Assembly: GCF_004010195.1 (NCBI RefSeq) | Contig: NC_057718.1 | Span: 78,666,935 to 78,730,934 of the forward strand | Direction: 5' to 3' | Source of the DNA: Chiloscyllium plagiosum | Taxonomy: Eukaryota | Length of the DNA: 64,000 nucleotides | In this document: piece by piece, positions 13,827 to 25,918 of the stretch | Layout of the letters: every line of letters begins with the position of its first letter | Numbering within the stretch: position 1 is the first letter of the stretch | Program-made: the position numbers and the translations under genes | Notes under the pieces: model-generated | The model's input: only the letters and a program-made list of their open reading frames with translations | Databases searched by the model: none | What the model was told of the DNA's origin: nothing

Positions 13827-16140
13827 GTGACATACATGTCAAAAATGTTGTAAGGACAGTATCAAACTCATTTTTTTTCAATCGTGGACTATTTCCTCTG
13901 GTGGATGTTGATCATCTTCGAATAGTCACCAACCGGCAGCTCAATCCCATCCTCATCTTCCTGTAGGAGTACAGCTCCAACTCCTATGTCACTAGCATCG
14001 ATGGCGACTTTAAAAGGTTTTGAACAGTTTGGTGTTAACTAAAACTGGTTTGGTGGTTAATATTGATTTCAAATGGTCGAATGCCTCCTGGCATGGTTCT
14101 GTTCACCGAAACTTTGTCTTCTTCTTCGGTAAATCGGGTCATGGTCCCACTACATGGCTGGCGTTTAGAACAAACTTCCGAGAGAATCCGCAGAGTCCAA
14201 AGAATCGAAGCACCTCTTTCTTCGAGGTTGGTTGTGTGTGAATTCCTCGCGAGCCTTTGTCTTTGTGTTCTGTGCAGTCAGCGTTCCATGACCAATGTTC
14301 TGACCCAAGAACGTCACCTCTCCTTTCGTGAATTCCATTTTGTTTAAGTTTATCACCAGTTTTGCTTCTCATAGTTGTTGAAAGAGCTCTGCCAACTGTA
14401 CCATGTGATCTTTCCCGGACTTACTAAAGATCACTACAACGTCCAAATAGACTACACAGTTTGTTAACCCAGCCATAACTCTGGTCATGGGTCTTTGGAA
14501 TGTGGCAGGTGTAATCTTCATTCCAAACAGCATCACTTTAAACTGATATAGCCCATTTGGGATGACGAACACAGAAATTACTTTCACCGTCTCTGATAAA
14601 GCTACCTGCCAGTAAGCACACATTAAGTCCAACTTTGTCACGTAACTGACTTGTCCAACGTTCTCGATACAGACCTCTAATCTAGGAATTGGATGTGAGT
14701 CCGATTTTGTAACAGCGTTGACCTACTGATAATCCACGCAGAATCGTTGAGTCCCGTCAGGTTTGGCAACTGAGACAATCAGCTAACTCCGTTTACTCTC
14801 TCTTGGTTCGATAATGTCCTTGTCGAGCATGGCCTCCACTTCCATCTGACCTGGCTGGCTTTGAAAGGTTTAAGCCGATAGGGGTGTTGTTTGATTGGAG
14901 CAGTATTCCCCACTGAGCTGAAAATTTGTTGCTGGAAAAGCGCAGCAGGTCAGGCAGCATCCAGGGAACAGGACAATCGCGTTTCGGGCATAAGCCCTTC
15001 TTCAGCCCTTCCTGAAGAAGGACTTATGCCCGAAACATCGATTCTCCTGTTCACTGGATGCTGCCTGACCTGGTGTGCTTTTCCAGCAACACATTTTCAG
15101 CTCTGATCTCCAGCATCTGCAGACCTCACTTTCTCCGCAGTATTCCCCACGTCTACTTCATGTATAATATCATTAGTCCTCCCCATCTGATTCTTACATA
15201 TGTCCTCATACTGGAAAAGCAAACCTCTCAACTCCATTTCATGTCCTGAGACACATAGCTTACTAACCTATCCCACTCCGCAAAGACTTCTGCATTTTTA
15301 AAATCTGCTTTGAGGCACATCAAACTCCACGACACCTGGATTTGATTCCTCACCCTGTGGAACAGTAACTATTACCTGTTTCTCCAGTTCCCTGTCTCTA
15401 TAAGGTTTCAACATACTCACATGAGCTACCCAATACAGGTTTTTTCCATCAGACATCTTTACCAGATGGTTTACCTGACTTAACTTTTTCTCAGTTTGAT
15501 AGGGACCATGGAACCTAGCTTTGAAGGGAGCCCCTTCCACTGGTAACAGTACTAACACATCATTCCCACGGGAAAACATCCAAACTTAGGATTTTGTTCT
15601 GCTACCTGCTTCATTCTATACTGTGCCCTCTTCAGGTCCTGTTTAGCTAACTCACCCACTTGCTTTAGTCTCTCCCTCACCTCCGATACATAATCTAAGT
15701 GTGACATTTCCAACGTTGGTCCTGTTAATTTTTCTTTCATTAATGTCAAAGGGCCTCGCACTTCATGCCTGAATATTAACTCAAAGGGAGTGACCCGAGG
15801 AGATTTGTTTGTGGTATCTCTAATGGCAAACAATACAAATGGGATACATTTATCCCAATCATTCGGGTAATCCTGACAGGACACTCCCAACATGGTCTTC
15901 AGGGCCTGATGTCTCCTTTCTAAAGCTCCCTGGGATCCAGGATAATACACACTGGATTTAAAGTGCTGTATACCTAAGCTATCTATAACCTCCTTAAACA
16001 GCCTAGCAGTAAAGTTAGACCCTTGGTCTGACTCGATCTCTCTGGGTAGCCCATACCGTGTGAAGAAAACTACTAACTCCTCTCCCACCCTTTTCACCGT
16101 AATACTCTGTAATGGGATTGCCTCTGGAAATCTAGTACAC
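13827..16140 (-). mobile_element. Gmr1-like Ty3/Gypsy pol fragment (integrase - RT - RNase H), no LTRs, frameshifted
   Basis: Integrase RFPEAIPL...SDQGSNF...GALER and GPY motif (16148-15298), then RT KLDL..AYWQ...PATFQR...YLDVVVI (14641-14369), then RNase H FKVAIDASDIGVGAVLLQE (~14020-13870). Confidence 0.9.
14914..15136. mobile_element. Penelope-like palindromic insertion, family A
   Basis: Inverted arms gctggaaaagcgcagcaggtcaggcagcatcc...; 14 bp TSD GCAGTATTCCCCAC at 14900-14913 and 15137-15150; hammerhead-like cores on both strands at the centre. Confidence 0.88.
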
Positions 16141-16793
16141 ACACCCACAAGTATCCAAAACGGTATACTTGTTCTTGAGGGGAACGGCCGCAGGGGGTCC
16201 CTGCACTGGCTGCTTCCTCCCAGTCCCCCTCACTGTCACCCATCTGTCTGCAACCTTTGGAGTTACTACTTCCCTAAAGCTCCGATCTATGACCCCTTTT
16301 GCCTCCCGAATGATCCTAGGTTCATCCAACTCCAGCTCCAGTTCCCTAACACGGTCTGGAGGAGCTGGAGATAGGTGCACTTCCTGCAAGTGTAATCAGC
16401 AGGGACGACCATGGCATCCCTCACCTCAAACATGTTGCAAGAGGAACATTGCACTGCCTTCACTGCCATCCCTCTAAAAGTAACTTTTTTAAAAAAAACT
16501 AGGTCCAAGAATAGAACAAGCAAAATGCAGCACTTACCTACTTACCACAACGGGTCTTATTATTAGGTTAGAGGAGGAGGGAGGGTGGGAGGCACTACCT
16601 CTGTAGTGCCTCGGTTCCTCTCCTGCGCGCTTTCATAGGGAAAAAAACCTACCCAGGTAAGCTTGCGCTACACCAGCTTCCGGGTCCGCGCCGCACTTTT
16701 TAAAAAAAAACTTTCAAATTTAAACCGTTAAACAAACGTCACCGAGCCTTCCAGCAGCCACTGCCAAACAGCGCTTACCTGCTCCACTGAGAG
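16141..16793 (-). mobile_element. CR1 LINE 5' UTR and ORF1 N-terminus (head end of chimeric insertion)
   Basis: CpG-rich 5' UTR; ORF1 MAVKAVQCSSCNMFEVRD...YTCRKC (Cys motif) and RVRELELELDE (zipper), ending at KNKYTVLDTCG; right TSD copy AGTGAGTTCCA at 16794-16804. Confidence 0.88.
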
Positions 16794-17489
16794 AGTGAGT
16801 TCCAGATGCCCACAACCCTTAGTGAAACAATTTTTCCTCAACTCCCCTCTAAACATTCTGCTCCTTGCCTTTAAAGTGTTTGTCCTGTTTATTGAACCCC
16901 TCTACGAAGAGAATGGTTTCTCCCGATCTACCTTGCCTACATCCATCACATTATACTATAGGAAACCAAATATATTATAGGGAACCTTCCAGAACCAGGG
17001 ACCAGGAGGATGCTGGGAAGGTACGTTTCCCATTTTAAGGTTTGTTCCTATCTGTGGTTTCAGGCTTCTGTGATAGGTCCTGAAACAAACCCCTCGGGGG
17101 TAAGGGGGGACTACTGTATATAGATATTATAAAAAGAACTATTCATGAAGTGAGTATTGGTCCAATAAAAAATACTCTGGTGAATTAGTAATGGAAAATA
17201 ACGGTATAGCTGAGGAATTGAACAAGAATTTTGTATCAGTCTTCACCGTAGAGAGTACTAATCATTGTATAAGCCAAATAGGACTTGAAACACCTAACTA
17301 ACATCACTAGAAAAGCTCTTCCATCTGGAAATAAGGGACTTTCTTGAGGGTGCTACCCAGTTTTTGGTAGTTGCCCCTAAGAGTGTTATCAGAATGTTTC
17401 ATAGAAGTAATACATTCTTAATCTTAAAGTGAATTTGATTTCTCACATGAGGGAATCATGCATTTCAGATGTAATGTAACTAGCTATTG

Positions 17490-19915
17490 AGTATTTTTAT
17501 TCACTTGTGGGATGTGGACGGCACAGGCTGACCAGCATTTGTTGCTCATCCCCAGTTGCACTTGAAAAGGTGGCGGTGAGCTGCCGTCTTCAACCACATA
17601 CTGTGAGTTTACCCACAATGCCATTGGGGAGAGAATTCCAGGATTTTGACACAGCAATAGTGAAGGGAATGCAATATTTTCAAGGATGCTAAATGGCTTG
17701 GAGGGGAACTTGCAGATGACGCAATCCCCAGTGTCTGCCCTTGTCCTACTAGATAGAAATGTTCATGCGTTTGTAAAGTACTGTCTAAGGATCTTTGGTA
17801 AATTTCTGAATTGAATCTTGTAGGTAATATACACTGCTGCAGCTGATTATCAGTGGTGGAGGGACTGGATGTTTGTAGATGTGGTGCCAATCAGATTGCC
17901 TGCTTTGTCCTGAATTGTGTCAAACTTCTTGAGTGTTGTTGGAGCTGCACTCATCCAGAAAAGTGAGACATACTTCATCACACTGTTGACTTTTGTCTTG
18001 TAGATGATGGACAAGCGTTGCGGCGCCAGGAGGTGAGTCACTCACTGCAGTATTCCTAGTCTCTGACCTGCTCTTGTAGACACTGTATTTATTCTAGTTA
18101 AGTTTCTGTTCAATGGTAATCTTCAGGATGTTGATAGTGGTAACAGCATTGAACATCTTAATTGAGATGGTTTTTGCCTGGCATTTGTGTGGTGTGGATG
18201 TTTCTTGCTACTTGTCAGACCAAGCCTGGATTTTATCTGGATCTTGTGCATTTGAGCATAAACTGCTTCAATATCTAAGGAGTTATGAATGGCACTGAAC
18301 ATTGTGTAATCATAAGCAAACATCCCCACTTCTGACCTTATGGTGGTGGGGAGGCCATTGATGAAGCAGCTGAAGTTAGTTGGACCTAGGACACTAACCT
18401 GAGGAAGTCCTTCAGAGATGGAATCATAGAACCTTTAAAGAGCAGTTGGAGGCCATTAAACTTGTCTAGTCTGCAAAGACCCTCTGAAGAATATCGCAGC
18501 CAGACCAACATCCCCACTATACCCATACTTACCATCTAGCCTGCATAACCTTGGATGCCATGGGGCAATTTAGAATGGCAATCCTCCTAATCTTTGGACT
18601 GTGGGAGGAAACTGAAGCACCTGACGGAAATGCATGCAGATACAGGGAGAACATGCCTGAGATTAAAATCCAATCCCTGCTATTGTGAGGCAGCAGTGCT
18701 AACCACTGTGCCACACCCCAGATCTGGAGCTGGGATGACCGACCCCTAACAAGCACAATCATCTTCCTGTGTGCCAGATATGACTCTGACCAGTGGAGAG
18801 TTTGCCCTTATTCCCATTGATTCCAGTTTTGCTAAGGCTCCTTGATGCTACATTCAGTCAAGTGCGATCTTAAGGTCAAGGGCTGTCGCTCTCACCTCAC
18901 CTCTGGAATTCAACTCTTTTGTCCATGTTTGAACCAAGGCAGTAATGAGATCAGGCACTGAGTGGCTCCAGCGGAACCCAAGTGGGCATCAATGAGCAGG
19001 TTATTGCTGAACAAGTGATGCTTGATTGCACTGTTAATGATATCTTCCAGCACTTTACTGATAATCAAGAATAGCCTGATAGGGCGGTAATTGGCATGGT
19101 TGGATTTCTCCTATGTTTTGTGTACAGGACATACCTGGACAATTTTCTATATTGTCGGCTAGATGCTAGTGTTGTTAACTGTCCTGGAACAACTGACTAG
19201 AAGTGTGTCAAGTTCTGAAGCGCAAGTCTTTATCACATTGCTAGAACGCTGTCAGGACCCATAGCTTTTGCAGTATCCAGTGCCTCCAACTGTTTCTTGA
19301 TTTCACATGAAGTGAATCAAATTGGCTGAATGCTTATATCTGTAATGCTGGGGACCACTGGAAGAGGTTGAGATGAGTTATGTACATGGCACTACTGGCT
19401 GAAGATTGCTATGAAAGCTTCAGCCTCATTTTTTGCACTGACATGCTTGGCTCTTCCATCATTGAGGATGGGAATATTTGTGGAGCCTCCTTCTCCAGTA
19501 AACTGTTTAATTGTTCACCATCATTCAAAACTGGACATGGCAGGACTGCGGAACTTGGATCTGATCTGTTGGTTGTGGGATTGCTTAGCTTTATCTATGA
19601 CTTGCTGCTTATACTGTTTGGCACGCAAGTAAACCTGTCTGGTAGCTTCATTTTTTTTAAAAGTATGACTTGTACTGCTCCTGGCATGTCTTCCTGCACT
19701 CTCTATTGAACCAGAGCTGATCCCTGGTTTGATGATAATGGTTGAGTGGAGCCATGAGGTTACAGATTGTGCTGGATTACAATTCTGCTGCTGTTGATGG
19801 CCCTGCTGGTGATGAGTGTCTCATGGATGCCCAGTCTTCAGTTGCTATATCTGTTTGAAGTCTATTATATTTTGCACAGTGATAGTGCCACATATCACTT
19901 TATAGAAGATTCTCA
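17490..19915 (-). mobile_element. CR1/L2-group LINE (RT to 3' end), degenerate; tail resembles the SacSINE1-like SINE tail
   Basis: ORF2 remnants MFAYDYTMFSAI (YADD-like) and HLLAPQRLSIIYKTKVNSVMKYVSLFWMSAAPTTLKKFDTIQDKA; 3' tail at 17490-17560. Confidence 0.75.
18420..18718 (-). mobile_element. HE1/V-SINE-like SINE (degenerate), nested in LINE
   Basis: gtggcacagtggttagcactgctgcctcac head and ggtttcctcccacagtccaaaga-like core, as in 43245 and 50742. Confidence 0.8.
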
Positions 19916-20125
19916 GATGGTAGATTACCTTCCCTGAGGAGCATTCATGAGCTAGATGGGTTTTTCTGACACTCAAAATCATATCATGGTCATCAGTAAG
20001 TTCTTAATTTGAGACCTTTTAAAAATTGAATTCAAAGTCCACCATCTGCCGTGGTCAGATTCAAACCTGGCTCCCCAGAATATCAGATGAGTTCTGGATT
20101 ATAGTCTAGCAATAGTACCAAGAAG
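19915..20125 (-). mobile_element. SacSINE1-like SINE, 5' part
   Basis: Homologous to 3740-3914 (ccaccatctgccgtggtcagattcaaacctgg...tagtctagcaatagtacca). Confidence 0.6.
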
Positions 20126-20369
20126 CTGTACCCAAGAGAATAATAGAGGACTGTTCCTGCATAAAGATGACCAGTTTTTGGTATTTGGCTCTAAGTATTT
20201 ACATAGACATATTAAGTAATATGTAATGAATAAATTCTATGTCAAAAACAAAATCTATCTTTTATCTAAGATCTCATGCGGGCATCCATCCTCACTTGGT
20301 ACCAATAACACTGACAGATATCCCACATGATTCCAGCAGAAACAAACACATACAAACAAAGTAACATCA

Positions 20370-21430
20370 CTGAAACAGCTGTAAATCAGGAAATGGAAGC
20401 AAGGAACTTAAAAAAACTACAATCAACAGGGATTTGGTACTGAGCAAATTATTCAAGCTGTGCCTGACAAACCCTTTGATCCTGATGGACTTCAAAAGAG
20501 GTGGCTGGTGAGATAATTAATTTTCCAATATTCCTTTGACTCAACATAAGTTCCATTCAACTGGAACGCAGCAAAAGTAACTTCTTTCTTCAAAAGGAAA
20601 GGAGAGAGAAATCAGGAAACTTTAGGCCAGATAGCTTAGCATCTGGCATAAGGAAGATATTAGAAGTTATTTTTAAAGACATTGGGAGAGATTTAATGGG
20701 GAATGACAGTCTCATTCAGAGATCACACTCAGGGGCTCAGAAATGTTGAGCTTTGCTTCCATTCTGACAGTTGTTTTGTAGCGCAGAACAAGTTGTTGGA
20801 GATAAGTAGTGTAACTGATCTGGGGAGAAGTAGATTGGGGTGTGTGAGTTGAGTATGGGGTCTGCTTAATATTTATCAGGAGTTAGGTCATGTATTTAAT
20901 AGTCTAATTTTTCCTAAGCAACTATTTTACATAATTTCATTAGAACCATCGGAAGTCTCCAATTTAAATGGAGAATTTCAGAGGGATCACAGCACAGTGA
21001 AATTATCAAATAGAAAATTCAATTTCCTGGGCAATTCCTTCTGAGTGGGCTGTGATGGGGATTCTGCAAGGATCCCATGTACAATTGTGATCTATGCTGG
21101 CATAATGGCTGCCTGGACCAGCAGAAAATAACAAGGCACTTAGAAAGCTTCATGGCAATCCAGCAGAGCCAACCTGGCTTTATGAAAGGGAAATCATGTT
21201 AACCAATTTGTTGGCATTCTTTGAGGAAATAAAATATGATGTGGATAAAGTGGACTCAATAGATGTACTGTACTTAGATTTCCGGAAGGCCCTTGATAAG
21301 ATACCACATCAAAGGTTATTGGGGAAAATAAAAGCTCATCTCATAGGGGATCATAAATTGCCATGGGTGGAGGATTGTGTAGCTGGTAGGAAACTGAGAA
21401 TAGGTGCAAATAGGCCTTCTTCTGACAGCT
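20370..21430 (+). mobile_element. CR1 RT fragments (interrupted ~20690-21130)
   Basis: MLTNLLAFFEE...DVLYLDFRKALDKIPHQRLL is a CR1 RT motif; upstream remnant resembles GPDG...DW..A.V. Confidence 0.75.
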
Positions 21431-21599
21431 GAAGTGTGCCAAGCACAGATATATAGCCACATGCCTGGAAGGAAAGCATCAGCAGGCAATGATATAGCGA
21501 CTGTCAGATCTTGGACACAGTAGCATCAAGGAGCAATATCCTCTGTAAGAAGATTGAATCAAGTGATTGGGAGGGCACAGGATAGGATGGGGGAGCAAG

Positions 21600-22570
21600 A
21601 AGGAAATGGAAGCCAAACACTCAGCATATCATCCACCACTGAAGACCTGGAAATGATCAAAGACGAGTGCCGCAGGAGACTACAACTCCTTCGGTGGACA
21701 ATCACCAAGATCTGTGTCCTTGCCATAAAACACATTACACCTCCCTCTAGTGGCCACCATCCCATTCCAGTAGCTATTAACTTCACTGGGTCCTTGAATC
21801 TTTTCACCTCTGACTCCCTTCAAGAATCAACTGTGGACCTTAATAGCATCGTGAAAACAGCTACACGTCACAACAATTTGCAGGTCACTAATGCTGTCTG
21901 GTAGGACTGGAATACACATTTATATACTGAAAGGCATGGCCTTGTAATTGCAGGGAACAGTTGATTCCACCTCAAACACTGGAATCCACAAAACACATTA
22001 TTGGTTGCACCCACATAGCCTTCAACATAGCCTTCAACATAGCCTTCAACACCTCAATCTTGACCCAATCAGATTCATCAAGAGGGAAGTATTCTTCTCC
22101 CTCAACATTCAACTTGTGCTCATCTGCTATGTTTCTGGAAGCTCATATAGCCTTCATCCTGTTCCATCATCCTCAGCTAGTCCAAGCTGCCTCAGCCCAA
22201 GGCAGAAAGGCAGTTCACTCTCTGCGGATGTACAAAGGTGATAGAACAGATGCTACCAGTTCATTCTGACAACTATTAAGTAGGGCATTGGATTTCTCAA
22301 AATCGGTTGCTTAAATCAACCAGGTGTCACCATCAAATGCCTTTCTCCAAGGATTTGGGGCATTATGGTGACATGTTGTGCTCTCCTTAATGTGGCCTTG
22401 GGAGATGTACGTGATTTGAGGGTGGTGAGACCCCTATCAGCAGAGAAGCTAAGAGAGGAAGCAGAGGAGAAAGACGGGAATGAACAGAGACATGCACCTT
22501 CTGCACAATTAAGTGACTGCCTTCTGCCATCTGATAAGAAGAGGACCTCTATCTTCTCTCTCATAACCTA
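21600..22570 (+). mobile_element. PIF/Harbinger transposase pseudogene with convergent Myb-like fragment
   Basis: ECRRRLQL...HPIPVA...LNLFTSDSLQESTVDL (HTH region), IIGCTHIA and RFIKREVFFSLNIQLV (IDCTH / NRKGFHSLNVQLV-like), IMVTCCALLNVAL (C-terminal CC.LHN motif). Minus-strand MREKIEVLFLSDGRR at ~22510-22564. Confidence 0.7.
22013..22048. repeat. 12 bp tandem repeat x3 (ACATAGCCTTCA)
   Basis: Three perfect units inside the Harbinger transposase remnant. Confidence 0.95.
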
Positions 22571-22959
22571 CCTGCCTCGAGTTCAGACATCCTGCCTCCT
22601 GTGGAAAGCTTTAGCAGACCTCTCCCTTAAAACAGCAGCAGTCTCAGTGATATGTGTTACAGAGTTTCTTAAATTCATTCAACTTGGCTTTGTTTCTGTC
22701 CCTGGCTCTAATTGGATAGATATCTTGTCTCCATATCGATTAAGGGCTTCCCAACATGAAAATCTTAACATATTCTGTTTTCCACTGCAGTCCCAAAAAC
22801 AGATCTAGCTACTGTCTACTGCCTCCTTGGTGAAAGTATCGTACATCAGATCTTCTCAGCTTCCTGTGATCGAGAAATGCAATGAATGGAATGAAAAGAA
22901 GTTTAAGAAAGACCTGATGGGCCTATAGCTTCTGATGAGTGGTGCCTTCAGGCAGGGAA

Positions 22960-24242
22960 TAATTGCCTTCTATGTTGTTAAGAAACATTGTAAGGAGACC
23001 TGGTGAACTATAGACCTATGAGTCTGACTTTGGTTGTGGATAAACTGTTGGACATGATTTATGGGCATTTTGAGGGGCAAAAATTGATTAGGGATAGTCA
23101 GTATGGTGTTGTGTGAGGAAAATTATGTCTCACAATCTTAATTGAGTGCTTTGAGGAAGTCACCAAAAAGATTGATAAGGGCAGAGCAATAGACGTTGTT
23201 TACTTGGACTTCAACAAAGCCTTCAACAAGGTTCCGCATGGTAGACTAATTAGTAAAGTTAGGTCATGTGGGATGCAGGGTGAGCTTGCCAATTGGATAC
23301 ATAATTGGCTTAATGGCAGGAAACAGAGAGTGGTGGTGGAGGGTTGCTTTACGGACTGGAGCCCTATCATTAGCGGTGGTCCACAGGGATCAGTTGTGGG
23401 TCCTCTTTTGTTTGTTGTTTATATAAATGATTCAGATGAGAATATAGAAAGCATGGCTTGTAAGTTTGCAAACAACAGCAAAAACGGTGACATAGTAAGC
23501 AGCGGAGAAGATTGTCTAAGATTACAAAGGGATCTTGATCAAATGGGCCAATGGGCTGGAAAATGGCAGATGGAGTTCAATCTGGATAAATGCAAGATAT
23601 CGTAATTTGATTCAATAAACAAGGGTAGGGCTTATAGAATTATGGTAGAGCCATGGCTAGTGTCGTAGAATGGGGGAACTAAGGCTTTAAGTACGTAATT
23701 CTTTGAAGCTTGTGTTACATATAGACAGGTTGGTTAAAAAGGCATTTAGCATGCTTGCCTTCAATGTTCAGTCCTTTGAGTACAGGAGTTGGGGAGTCAC
23801 TCTGAGGTTGTACAGGGCATTGGTGAGGCCTTTTCTGAAGTACTGTTATATGAAGGACATAGGTTTGAATCATAAAGAAAGGCTGGATAGGCTGGGACCT
23901 TATAGACATTTATAAAATAATAAGGGATAAAAATAAAGTAGTTGTCTTTTCCCTAGGATGGGAAATTTCAAGACTAGGGGGCACATTTTTAAGGTGAGAA
24001 GAGAGAGATTTAAAAAAGACATGAGGGGCAAATTCTTCACACAGAGGGTGGTTTGCATGTGGAATGAACTTCCTGAGGAAGTGGTGGATGTGGGTCCAAT
24101 TACAATGTTTAAAAGACTCTGGATTAGGAAAGGTTTGGAGGGATTTGGGGGCCAAGAGTAGGCAGGTGGGGGATTATGTTTAGCATGGACTGGTTGGACT
24201 GAAGGGTCTGCTTCCATGCTGTATGACTCTATGACTCTATGT
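22960..24242 (+). mobile_element. CR1 LINE (RT to 3' tail)
   Basis: DFNKAFNKVPHGRL...GGPQGSVVGPLLFVVYIND...KFANN; (tatgactc)n tail. Confidence 0.92.
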
Positions 24243-25918
24243 CATATCATTCAAGAGGTTTCCATCTTAACCTCCTCCTAGTCTTCATCATCATCCTTTT
24301 CAACCCCAGGAATAGATTGCTGATTGGAAGTACAAGTTCCAGTATCTACCTTCTCCTGACTGTAATTATTGCAGATGAAATGTTGAGTGTAGCACCAGAA
24401 GCCTAAGCAGATGTACACATGAAGGCAAAATGAAGTAAACATCCTACTTAAGCAGACAAAATTATTTCCTCAATGTAATAGCTCCCTTGTGGATGTTTTT
24501 CACTGTTTACAGTACCATTGACATGGTGACAGTTTTAATTAGAGTCAAGTTTGGTACGAGGCTTGGAGAATACATGCGGGAATATTAACCACGCACTACC
24601 TAATCTCATTTAAACATGACAGAGCAGGTTCTTGTTGGGCATTAAAGGGTAATGACATATTTTTCAGGTACTAACTCAGATGGCAGTTTTTGAAGTGAGG
24701 GATAAATATACAAAGAGCTGCTCCCCAATAGCTTTATTTTACATCTGAGGCATCCTAATAGTTACAACATTTTAATATCCATGTGTAAAACGAAGCAAAC
24801 TGTATGAAATTTTGGACTAATATTGAACACTAATGAAAATTCTGGCAGATTCAAAATTACTATTGCATAACGAATAGAAGATAAAAAAATCGGGCCAGTT
24901 ATGTCAGTGTTCTGTGCCATGAAAACAAAGTGTTTGAAATGCGCAATGTGCTGACCAAACTATTTTTCTATTTGTAAAATTCTATTTCATATTTGCTTAA
25001 CCTCTCTGTGTGCAAATAGTCACCCTTTGGTCTAACTACAACTTCTGTCTGGTTAAAAATTTATAATCCACTGTGCATTTTAGTGGAATGAGTGGGAGTC
25101 AGAGATAAGACATTTCGATGGGGGAAGATGAGAGCTCCCTATATGGATTCCTTAATTTCTTTATCATTTAGAATTCCTGAAAGGGCCTTAAAAATTCTAT
25201 GCATGGTAAACTTACAAAAGGTACTAAGACCTGTAAAGTAAATCCATATATTTTCTGTCTCGACTATATTTCTGGCCCTGTGAAATGAAGTGTAAAAGAT
25301 ATCCTTAATGCATTTTAATCATACTGTTAATCCCAAAAATATCTAGGACACATAGCCTCCACATTGACAGTGGATGCTATGAGTTATTCCATACACACTG
25401 TCAATAATATTTCACAAGTTCATTAATTTTCTCAGCAGTAGCACATGAACTCCAGTTTAAGTGACCTGGTGATATTGGACTGTTCATACAATCCTTTACA
25501 TCCATCACAGAGGACAAACAGATAAAATATATTCTTCTAGATAATATCTATAAGACAGCACAACCAGAAATGCAGCACTCCTTCAGTATTGCACTAGAAT
25601 TTCAGTCTGGATTATGTGCTCAGGTTTCTGATGTTTGGTGTAGACCCAGGGTCTTCTGACTCAGTGAGCCATAGCTAACGGTGAATTTGAAACATTTTTC
25701 CATTTGAAGTAATTAAAACGGCTTTTGTGCCCATTTCTAAACATTCACAGAACACCACTATTCACAGGACTTTACAAATTTAAATTTGTTTTTGATTAGA
25801 TAAGATACCCATAATTTGGATTTGGTATTTTTGCATTTCTAATTGATGTAACATTTAACAAGATTGACTGTATCACTCTCCTAATCCTTTACTTAAATGA
25901 GTTAAGATCTTAAATTAC

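Noticed and set aside
14914..15136. Palindromic repeats as DNA-transposon MITEs or terminators
   Set aside because: Asymmetric arms, long variable TSDs, linked GIY-YIG remnants and hammerhead cores fit Penelope-like retroelements better.
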